The notes beneath the pieces were generated by a model. That model was not told the origin of the DNA and did not search any database. It was given only the letters and a program-made list of their open reading frames with translations. Below are positions 25,276 to 35,770 of a DNA stretch of 64,000 nucleotides, one piece after another. The translations under genes were made by a program, and so were the position numbers. Each line of letters begins with the position of its first letter. The stretch's first letter is position 1. The stretch comes from Octopus sinensis (taxonomy: Eukaryota), in the NCBI RefSeq assembly GCF_006345805.1, contig NW_021834240.1, positions 7,409 through 71,408 of the forward strand. The letters run 5' to 3'.

Positions 25276-25633
25276 TATATACATACATATATATATATAT
25301 ACATACACACACGTATGAGTTACTTATTCCAAAAAGCTAGGCATGGGTTTGAACTTGTCACTCCCTGGGGGGTGTATATATACACACATATACATACATA
25401 CATATATATATATACACATACATACACATGTATACGCATACATACATACACATGTATACACAACTATATGCATGTATATTTGTGTAGGTGTGCATAAAAT
25501 ATAGATGTGTGTGTGTGTATGTATATATACACATATGGGTGTGTATGATTGTGTATAGAAGAATATATTACTCAAAGAAATTCCAACTTTGATTCCCACG
25601 CTTTAACGTCCATTTCCCATGCTGGCATGGGTC

Positions 25634-25728
25634 ACTGCTGGTCTTCCCTAAAACAACCTTGCCCAGACTTGTGCCTCAGAGGGGAACTTACTCAGTACAA
25701 TCCAATGGTCAGTCGTGACTGAAGGGGC
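25634..25728 (+). mobile_element. SINE B tail fragment
   Basis: cactgctggtcttccctaaaacaacc...gactgaagggg matches the tail of 31-373. Confidence 0.65.
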
Positions 25729-25919
25729 ACTTTTTTATGCATTTGTAACTGGCAATATATAGCTGACCCCAAGTATAACACTATCTATCTATCTCTATAT
25801 ATATATATATATATATATATTAATTAAAGGAATGGTATGACAACAAAAGAATAAATGAAATCTTGATATTATGTAAATAGAGGAATTTATCTGTAAAATA
25901 TTATGTGACAATTATTTGG

Positions 25920-25963
25920 TTGTGTGTGTGTGTATATATATATATACATATATATATACATAC

Positions 25964-26005
<42 letters not shown>

Positions 26006-26034
26006 GTATACATATATATACATATATAATATAC

Positions 26035-26066
<32 letters not shown>

Positions 26067-26082
26067 TACAATATATGTATAC

Positions 26083-26120
<38 letters not shown>

Positions 26121-26320
26121 GTATATATACATATATATATACATATATATACATATGTATATATATATATACATATATATATATACATATATATACATAT
26201 GTATATGTATATATACATATATATACATATGTATATATATATATACATACATACATATATACATACATATATATATACATACATACATATATACATACAT
26301 ATATATATACATACATATAT

Positions 26321-26378
<58 letters not shown>

Positions 26379-26385
26379 ACGTTTG
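25920..26385. repeat. Long (TA)/(TACA) microsatellite
   Basis: Seen directly. Confidence 0.95.
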
Positions 26386-26775
26386 TGTGTCTGAGTTTGT
26401 CTCCCCACCATCCCACAACAGATGTTGGTGTGTTTACATCCCTGTAACTTAGGAGTTCGGCAAAAATGACCAACAGAATAAGTACTAGGTTTACAAAGAT
26501 TAAGTCCTGGGGGTGATTTTTTTTGACTGAATGCGGTGCTCCAGCATGGCCGTAGTCAAATGACTGAAACAAATAAAAGAATGAAATAAAAACAAGAAAA
26601 TATATATATATGGTGGGCTTCTTTCAGTTTCCATTTGCCAAATCCACTCACAAGGCTTCAAGCAGTTTGGGGCTTAAGGAGAAGATGCTTGCCCAAAGTG
26701 CCATGCAGTGGGATTGAACCCAGAACCATGCGATTCGGAAGAAGCAAACTTCTCACCACACAGCCACACCTGCAC
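26385..26775. mobile_element. SINE A 3' half (+, 26385-26590) followed by SINE A 5' half (-, 26612-26775)
   Basis: Block matches to family A. Confidence 0.75.
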
Positions 26776-27335
26776 TTAACAACGAAAAGAAACTAACCAG
26801 AGATGCCCCCACAGTGAGCCCCTTAATTGCAAAGCAAGCGGCTCAATCCCCGCAGCCACACCTGAGCTATAAATTGCCAATTTAACACACAATAACATAA
26901 CGAAGGAAAGGTCATCACCGCTTATATGCACAAATGTGAATTTATATTTTCAGGGTGGAGTTCATTCTGTAGGTTTTCAAAACAGCATCTCCTCCACCCA
27001 CTGTTGACTCTCTCTGTCTGTCTGTCTGTCTCTCTCTTTCATTTACTATGCTAAATATATTTCACATCCTCCGCCACTGGACGGCAGCTGTCTGCCATAA
27101 CAATACATCTGTTTTGTGTTTTGCCAGCCCAGAGAATTATGCCAGGCTTCATGGCTTTTGTTTCCGAGAGCCGTGTGCTTTATGGGAATTTTCTATCACT
27201 GCTGTCTCATATTGAATAAAACGCGTGAATATAATGAGAGAGAGAGCGAGAAAGAGAGAGTGTGTGTATGAAAACATTTGCATGTGTGTGTGTATGTATA
27301 TATATATATACATACACAAATTCATACATGTATAC

Positions 27336-27366
<31 letters not shown>

Positions 27367-28312
27367 CATACATATATATAGGCACACACATGAACTCACG
27401 TGTACACCTATACATGCAAACACACACATATACTTATATATAATATATATATGCATATACACACATATGTACACTACATATACACACACACACATACATA
27501 CATGTGTACACTATATATATATGCACACACACACATACATGTGTACACTATATATATATACACACACACACACATACATGTGTACACTATATATATATAT
27601 ATACACACACACACATATGTACACTATATATAGATGCACACACATATATACACTATATATACACACACATATGTACATTATATATATGTACACACACACA
27701 AACACATATGTACACTATATGATGATGATGATGATGAGGAGGAGGACATACAAAACGTGTGTGTGTGTGTGTGTGTGTGTGCATAGTTTAACATCGTTTG
27801 GTTAATAACCTTTAGTTATGCTTTCAAAGCCCCTTTTCAGGTATCAGCAGCCAGATGCCACCACATTGTGGGACTCTCCCCTTTTATTGAAAACACATGC
27901 AGAAATCCACAAGTTCATACAAAAGGGATTTTCAAACAAACACGTGGATTGACACTGGAACAGAAATTCCTTACAAATCCCTACAGCTGTTTCACTGCTG
28001 CATTATTATCGGCCGTTAATTCCAAAATCAAGACTAATAGAATTTACAAAAAAAAAACGTGATCAACAATGTGTAATCCTCAATAGGGAGGGGACGTTTG
28101 AGGGCTGCTCATGGAAAAACTCCGTAAAAACCATGGGTACTCTGACTTTTGGGGCAAGTGCCTTCCCTTTTTCTTTTGCAACTACAGGTGTATTCTCAGG
28201 GCAGGCCTGTTCACTCCCACCCATTCTCACCACTTTCATCCACCCTTCAGCAAACTCGTTAGAAGACAACACCTCCCTCTCTACCCTTATTTTCCTCCTT
28301 TTCAAGTGAAAA

Positions 28313-28497
28313 GGGGCTTAACGAGAAGATGCTTGCCCAAAGTGCCATACAGTGGGATTGAACCCAGAACCATGTGATTCGGAAGAAGCAAACTTCTCAC
28401 CACATAGCCACACCTGTACTTAACAACGAAAAGAAACTAACCAGAGATGCCCCACAGTGAGCCCCTTAATTGCAAAGCAATTAAGGGGCTCACTGTG
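28313..28497. repeat. Direct duplicate of 26669-26837 ending in a perfect 21-bp hairpin (28453-28497)
   Basis: cacagtgagccccttaattgc-aaa-gcaattaaggggctcactgtg. Confidence 0.9.
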
Positions 28498-28805
28498 CAT
28501 CAGGAATTGGCCAAAGACAAAAGTGTTTGTCTTCAGCCCCTTTAATCTCATCCACCACACAACTCCTTTCGCCATGGCAACCGGGCATATAAAAACAGTC
28601 TTTCTCACAATGGATTCAGTTGATAGCTAGATCCATCCCACACACGAGAGCAGCGGTTCAACGTAAACCCACAGGTCAGCAATGCTCAGGCACTGTACAA
28701 GTGCATGCAGGACCACCTTGTCATCCTGCACCCGTCTGAGATATGCTTGACTGATCACACAGCCGTGCCTGTAAAGTTCATAGAATAATAATAATAATAA
28801 TAATT

Positions 28806-28992
28806 CCACCTGGAAGGTCATGCGCTGTTTATCTTGATAATGAGATCACCATGTCACGCACATATGGTTGTGATGCATGTGCCTGGGGTACCCTTATCAG
28901 ACGGGTAGTCATGATGGGTAAACAGGGTTTCGTATATTTCACTCCAGAGTTACTTTGACGGCATGCACTGCTCTCTCACTCAATAATAATAA
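28806..28992 (+). mobile_element. Family E 3' fragment
   Basis: Reverse complement of about 22272-22450. Confidence 0.65.
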
Positions 28993-29282
28993 TGGCTTCA
29001 AATTTTGGCACAAGGCCAGCAATTGGGTGGGGGGGGGTGAAAGGTAAGTTGATATCCTCAAGTTAAGAATGGAGTGAATTTGAACTAATGTGTGTATCAC
29101 AGTGGCATAATGACCCACCCAAGATGCAACAAATTCCGTTACAACTCCTCAGTGCACATCAAGGATCCTGCAAACCAAATTCAAAAGCAAAAAACAAAAG
29201 TACTCCACACCTGATGAATGAGTATATAATATAAACCAGATTGAAAATCCAGGCGAATACTTTTTAAGTACTCTGTAGGAAT

Positions 29283-29650
29283 GACGCAGGAGTGGCTGTG
29301 TGGTAAGTAGCTTGCTTACCAACCACGTGGTTCCAGGTTCAGTCCCACTGCATGGCACCTTGGGCAAGTGTCTTCTACTATAGCCTCGGGCCGACCAAAG
29401 CCTTGTGAGTGGATTTGGTAGACGGAAACTGAAAGAAGCCCGTTGTATATATGTATATATGTATGTGTTTGTGTGTTTGTCCCCCCAACATCACTTGACA
29501 ACCGATGCTGGTGTGTTGACGTCCCCGTAACTTAGCGAATAAGTACTAGGCTTACAAAGAATAAGTCCTGGGGTCGATTTACTCGACTAAAAGGTGGTGC
29601 TCCAGCATGGCCACAGTCAAAATGACCGAAACAAGTAAAAGAGAAAAGAG
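29283..29650 (+). mobile_element. SINE family A, full length with small deletion
   Basis: Head gacgcaggagtggctgtgtgg, tail gtaaaagagaaaagag. Confidence 0.85.
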
Positions 29651-30164
29651 AATGAAATCCAAGCAGTTGTCTTAATTTATAATTTCTTGCCTGTCCAGTT
29701 TGTAAATCCAAAGTTCATACATCAAATAGATTCAGTTTAAGGTCACGGAATGTGGTAGAAAAATACAAAAGAATGGAGCATTATACATATTTAATCAGCT
29801 CATGCACGTTTCGAATACACTGGTATTACATAATTCTGCAATTTTGTAATCAGGTATTCATCGATCCATATTTCACTGGCAAAGATTCTACAGAATGATT
29901 AGTTTTCTATTAGGAAAGATATAGTGTTAGTCTTCTCTTATAATTCCACCGACATCTCGGATGTTTTATAGGAATTAGTATTTGCCAAACCACTAAGTTA
30001 CAGGGTTTGGCAAAAGGGACCGAAGGAATAAGCCCCATGCTGAAAAGTATTGGGGTCAATCCATTTGACCAAATCGTCCAAGGTAGTGTCTTGCATGGCT
30101 GTAATCTAATGAGTGAAACAAGACGATATATAAAAGCTGGCGCTCCATCGGTTATACTGATAAG

Positions 30165-30452
30165 GGTTCCAGGTGATCTGATCAAGGGAAAAGCCTGCTT
30201 GTGAAATTAACAGGCAAGTGGCTGAGTGCTCCAAAGACACGTGTACCCTTAGCATAGTTCTGAGGGAGATTCAGTGTGACACAGAATGTGACAAGGCCGG
30301 CCCCTTTGAATTACAGGTAATACTCATTTTTGCCAGCTGAGTGGACTGGAGCAACGTGAAATAAAGTGTCTTGCTCAAGGACACAATGCGTTGCCAGGAA
30401 TTGAACTCACAACCTTACGATCGTGAGCCGAATGTCCTGACCACTAAGCCAC
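30165..30452 (-). mobile_element. SINE family B with second tail type
   Basis: B head and central domain; tail shared with 42540-42787. Confidence 0.75.
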
Positions 30453-30511
30453 TCTCTTCCACTTTATACACACACACACATATATATATATAAATTATAC
30501 ATACATGCCTA

Positions 30512-30871
30512 TACTCTTTTACTTGTTTCAGTCATTTGACTGCGGCCATGCTGGAGCACCGCCTTTAATTGAGCAAATCGACCCCAGGACTTATTCTTTG
30601 TAAGCCCAATAACTTAAAATTGAATAGAAGATCTGAATACCACCTGATGAATGTCCTTAGAAGAGACACGAAACAATTGTAGTGGCGAATTTAATTTTAT
30701 TTAATTTATATAAAAATTTTTATGTATTGGCTTAAGTCTTTCATTGTTTGATTTGCCTAATAGTGGTTTTGTCTCTAATTAATATAATATAATATTTTAC
30801 TATAAAATTGGATTCAATCATAAATCTGATTTTTCCCTGTAAATTTGGATTTATTCCCTAATATTTATTAT

Positions 30872-30903
<32 letters not shown>

Positions 30904-31073
30904 TACATATATACGACGGGCTTCTTTCAGTTTCCGTCTACCAAATCGACTCACAAGGCATTGGTCGGCCCGGGGCTATAGTAGAAGACACTTGCCCAAG
31001 GTGCCACGCAGTGGGACTGAACCCAGAACCATGTGGTTGGTTAGCAAGCTACTTACCACACAGCCACTCCTGC
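30512..31073 (-). mobile_element. SINE A whose middle is replaced by a hammerhead-bearing insert (about 30608-30873)
   Basis: Tail at 30512-30607 and head at 30912-31073; the intervening A sequence is missing. Confidence 0.7.
30640..30685 (+). ncRNA. Minimal type I hammerhead ribozyme motif
   Basis: ccac-CTGATGA-a-tgtc-cttagaaga-gaca-c-GAAAC-aatt-GTA-gtgg. Stem I ccac/gtgg, palindromic AATT loop, A.C mismatch at the base of stem II. Confidence 0.7.
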
Positions 31074-32035
31074 ACATGTATATATATATATATATATATA
31101 CACTCAAACACACATATACATACACACGAAACAAACACATATACACATATATATACAGACACAATATACATATAACATACACATTTTCACATTTTACATA
31201 CACACACACATACATATATATATATATACACACACACACACGCATGTGTGTACCTGCATACAAAAGTTGTGTGCGAGTGCATATGAGCATACAAATGTAT
31301 GCGTGTGTATTAAACACCACTGTCATCATCATCATCATCATCATCATCTACACACAGTAAATGATGCTCACCAACATCAGAGCAGACCTGACTGCTACAT
31401 TCCACTGCAATCACCACCACCGCCGCCACATCTTTGTCTCCATGGTTACAGCATGGCTGTCTCCCACTGTCACCACATCCCCTTCGCCACCCCCTCTCTT
31501 ACACAACTGATTTACAAGAGACAACGCAATACACAATACACACACACACAAGGCTAAAGAGCAAGCAGATACCTGGTCACTAGACAAGCTAGAAATAGCA
31601 ACCAAGTGTCCCTCAAATCACTAATTAGTGCTTTAAATAAAATAACATCAAATTAGCTAACACAGCTTCTATTTTAAGTAAATATAGATGGGGTGGTCAT
31701 GGATGGAATACTACCATCCAACCCATGCCAGCATGAACAACAGACATGAGATGATGATGATGATGATGTATGTATGTATATTTTTCCTGAGCAGAAAAGT
31801 AATACATCTTATTTGTCGTTCCTTCATCTGTCACTGTCTTTCCATCAAATTTTGAACCACACACACACATATATATATATATAAGTAGGTGAATGAATTA
31901 TCCTAGTATGGAAAACTCGGTTAACCGATACCTGGGTAGCAAATTCACGTCAGAAAACACGATTAAAGCTACATATCAAGGGTAGAAACCCCGTATTCTT
32001 GTGTGTAAATTTGTGTTTTTTTTATATGAATAAAC

Positions 32036-32267
32036 GAAAGAATGGAGTCGAATGAATGTTTTAACAAAATTGCTTTACTTTCGACATATGTTTCGAAGAC
32101 TGCATACTCTTAATTCCGAAGAGACTGAAAGAGGCTCCTTGTCTTTCCTGAAGAGAAGACGGCATAATGCACACTTTATTCCTTCGGAATTAAGAGTATG
32201 CAGTCTTCGAAACATGTGTCGAACGTAAAGGAATTTTGTTAAAATATTTGTTCGACTCCATTCTTTC
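32036..32267. mobile_element. Family P3 fold-back element, 86-bp arms (32036-32121, 32182-32267)
   Basis: gaaagaatggagtcgaa...ttccgaag versus cttcggaa...ttcgactccattctttc. Confidence 0.85.
32143..32225 (+). ncRNA. Type I hammerhead ribozyme motif with extended stem II
   Basis: ctttc-CTGAAGA-gaagac...gtcttc-GAAAC-atgt-GTC-gaacg. Perfect 6-bp stem II; the left arm preserves the GAAAC-ATAT-GTC-GAAAG version. Confidence 0.75.
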
Positions 32268-32281
32268 ATATATATATATAT

Positions 32282-32528
32282 AGCGCCGCCTAGACTGGTT
32301 TCTGTGCCGGTGGCACGTAAAAAGCACCAACCGACCGTGGCCACTACCAGCCTCCCCTGGCACGTAAAAAGCACCCACTACACTCGCGGAGTGGTTGGCA
32401 TTAGGAAGGGCATCCAGTTGTAGAAACACTGCCAGATCAGACTAGAGCCTGGTGCAACCTCCTGGCTTCCCAGACCACGGTCGAACCATACAACCCATGC
32501 AAGCACGGAAAACGGACGTTAAACGATG

Positions 32529-32530
<2 letters not shown>
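32282..32530 (+). mobile_element. Family D copy, two repeat motifs
   Basis: ggcacgtaaaaagcacc twice, tail gttaaacgatg. Confidence 0.75.
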
Positions 32531-32577
<47 letters not shown>

Positions 32578-33020
32578 TCCTTGCTATTATGCAAAAGTGT
32601 CGTAAGTCCAAAACATTGCATCTTTTTCAGAAAACGAACCAATAGTTTCACCCGATTCCATTTTTGCTTTTTACATTAGAAACAGTTTCAGCTTAACAAT
32701 GATGCTTTATTGGGGGCATAATAATCCTAACTCGATGCATGTTATGATATTTTCAGTCAGAAATATTTTTGCAAAACTGTCGTTTGTGGGACTTACTACA
32801 CTTTTGAAAAAATGCTAAACCGTTCAACTACACTCTGACAATCTTTCATATCTTGGCATCCAAAGCAGCTGGAGATACGATAGTTTGACAAAAAGAACCA
32901 GATATTGAAAGCAAAATAAAATATTGGAAAAAATTTTAAAAAATGCATTTGGCCAAATTTGGAAATACGACAGTTTAACATTATAACAATATATACATGA
33001 TATATGTGTGTGTGTATATA

Positions 33021-33222
33021 CTCTTTTACTTGTTTCAGTCATTTGACTGCGGCCATGCTGGAGCACCGCCCTTAGTCGAGCAACCCGACCCCAGGACTTA
33101 TTCTTTTGTAAGCCCAGTACTTATTCTATCGGTCTCTTTTGCCGAAACGCTAAGTGACAGGGACGTAAACACACCAGCATCGGTTGTCAAGCAATGCTAG
33201 GGGGACAAACAGAGACACACAA

Positions 33223-33278
<56 letters not shown>

Positions 33279-33441
33279 GACGGGCTTCTTTCAGTTTCCG
33301 TCTACCAAGTCCACTCACAAGGCATTGGTCAGCCCGGGGCTATAGCAGAAGACACTTGCCCAAGATGCCACGCAGTGGGTCTGAACACGGAACCATGTGG
33401 TTGGTAAGCAAGCTACTTACCACACAGCCACTCCTGCGCCT
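33021..33441 (-). mobile_element. SINE family A, full length
   Basis: All blocks present. Confidence 0.9.
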
Positions 33442-33454
33442 ATATGTATGTATT

Positions 33455-33600
33455 TGGCGTTAAGAAGGGCATCCAGCCATAAAAACCATGCTAAATCAGA
33501 CTGGATCCTGGTGCAGCCTTCCAGCATACCAGCCCTGGTCAAACTATCCAACCCATGCCAGCATGGCTAATGGACATTAAATGATGATGATGACGATGAT
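33455..33600 (+). mobile_element. Family D tail fragment
   Basis: ggcgttaagaagggcatccagc...aaatgatgatgat. Confidence 0.7.
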
Positions 33601-33639
33601 GTATACGTGCGTGTGTGTGACAAAGTGCAAACATGTTTA

Positions 33640-33810
33640 GAGAAAATTAGGTGCGAGACGCAATGAGATACGGAGGGGCGAAGGCAGCGATGGTTTGGTC
33701 ATGTGATGCGTATGAATGAGGACAGCTGTATGAAGAAGTGCTGGTTGTTTAAAGTGGATGAAACCTAGAGAAGAAGGAGACACAGGAAGCCATGGGATGA
33801 AGTAGTGAGG
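33640..33810 (+). mobile_element. RTE LINE ORF2 C-terminal fragment
   Basis: RQRWFGHVMRMNEDSCMKKCWLFKVDET*RRRRHRKPWDEVVR. Confidence 0.75.
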
Positions 33811-34484
33811 ACCAATTACTGGAGCTATGTAAAGAGCACCCAGTACACTCTGAAGAGGTTTGTGTTGCAAAGGCCAACCAGCTGCAGAAATTTTGGCAAA
33901 GCAGAGAGCAGAGCTTCCCACAGGTTTGACAGAAGCCGGTGAGGCACAGGACAGTGACTGAGCACCAGTACATATTTTGGTAGGGTTTCCATTCCTGGAT
34001 GCCCTTCCAATTGCCAACCACTTCACACAATGTACCGAGTGTACTCTTTTTTCACCATAGCACCAACACCACTGGGGTTACCTTGCCATCAGCAAAGCCA
34101 AAGAGTCCTCTCACACCCAGCATTATCTCTGCTTGCTCCACCAACTATTCTACGGTGTGAACTGCTTGGTTTTCCCATGCTACCAATACTATTGAGAGTA
34201 AACGGTGGGGTGGCTTAGTGTTCACAGTGCTGCAATGACATTCACAGCATCATGGTTTCAATTTCTGACTAGGCAATGCCTAGTCTTCTTCAGCAACACA
34301 CTTCATTGTACAGTGCTCCAGTCCACTCAGCCATAATTTATCTCTCATCATTTACTTGTGATTTTCCTTATTCTTTAATTCTTATTTATAATGCTGCCAC
34401 CACCATCATCACCATGAAAGCATGGCATGCTAGAAATAGCAGCCAAATCGTCCTCATATCACACCCTACTCTCTTATCTATGTA

Positions 34485-35770
34485 CGAGGGGCGTTCAATA
34501 AGTAATGCCTCTGACCCACTTGCCGTTGATTGATCTAGCTGAGATTTTGCATGTGTAATTATTTATATCTCTATAGATTAAGTGGTAAATTACAGCTCCG
34601 AACTAATAGTGGTTTCTGATTTACATGTGTTTGAAATGAGTCAAGTGGGAAATGGTGAGTGTCGAGAAGTGATCCGGTTTTTGTATTTGAAATGACGCAC
34701 ACCACAGGAAACTTTTGATGAAATGAAAATAACTTATGGTGATGATGCCCCATCATATGACCTTGTAAAACGCTGGCATCGTGAATTCAAACATGGTCGG
34801 AACTCTGTGGAAACAGCTCCCAGATCTGGTCGCCCCCCTTCTGCCATTGATGAGGCATCTGTCCGTCAAGTTGAGGCTGCCATTTTGGAAGATGGACGCA
34901 TAACTATTCGCCAAATAGCGCATGAGGTCAAGATTAGCACCGGGTCTGTGGAAACTATCATTCATGACCATTTGCATATGCAAAAGGTGTCTGCCAGATG
35001 GATTTCCAGGTTGCTCACACCTTTCCTGAAGCAAGAACGCGTCGAGTGCTCGAGGATGAATTTAGGGATGTGCCAAGAAGATGAGTCAAAATTTTTCAAA
35101 AGACTGATTACACAGGATGAAACCTGGGTTCATCACTATGATCCAGAGTCCAAAGCCCAGTCAATGCAGTGGAAGCACCATGACTCACCTCCTCCAAAGA
35201 AGGCAAGGGTGCAGCCCTCCGCTGGCAAGGTCATGCTCACAGTCTTCTGGGACCAGGACAGAGTAGTGATGACAGATTTCCTGGGAAAGGGTACCACAAT
35301 TACAGGAGCCTATCATGCTTCACTTTTGAGGAAATTAAGAGAAGCTATCAAAACCAAGAGGCAGGGCGAGATCAGCAAAGGCATCCTCCTCCTGCAGGAC
35401 AACGCTCCGGTCCACAACTCGCGTGTCGCCAGATCAGAAGCACAGGCGTGCGGCTATGAACACTTCCCCCATCACCCCTACTCTCCTGACCTTGCACCCT
35501 CTGATTTTCACCTCTTCCCAGCCATGAAGTTGTTTTTGAAAGGAAAGCGTTTCCCAGATGATGCAGCCCTGCTTTCTGAAGTCACGTCATGGTTGGAGGA
35601 CCAAGCTGGGGTCTTCTACAAAAACGGTCTCCAGAGCTGTATCAAACGATGGGAGAAATGCATAACTCTGGGTTGTTCCTATGCTGAAAAAGACTAATAC
35701 CTGTGCCAAGTTTCGTTGCTCTACTGCTACGGGAAGTGGGTCAGGGGCATTACTTATTGAACGCCCCTCG
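34485..35770 (+). mobile_element. Full-length mariner transposon (1286 bp) with TA TSD
   Basis: 37-bp TIRs cgaggggcgttcaataagtaatgcc(t/c)ctgacccactt with one mismatch; TA at 34483-34484 and 35771-35772. Confidence 0.95.
34636..35697 (+). pseudogene. Mariner DD34D transposase (353 codons) with one premature TGA at codon 20; downstream 324-aa ORF open
   Basis: ATG at 34636 is in frame with ORF 34723-35697; TGA at 34693-34695. Motifs: ITQDETWVHHY, LLQDNAPVH, YSPDLAPSDF, with 34 aa between D2 and D3. Confidence 0.92.

Noticed and set aside
29117-29168. Strong minus-strand acceptor (tttgcag|G)
   Set aside because: All three frames hit stops within about 30 nt, and there is no evidence of use.
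29205-29260. CTGATGA at 29211 as a hammerhead
   Set aside because: No stem II or stem I pairing and no GAAAC...GUH in register.
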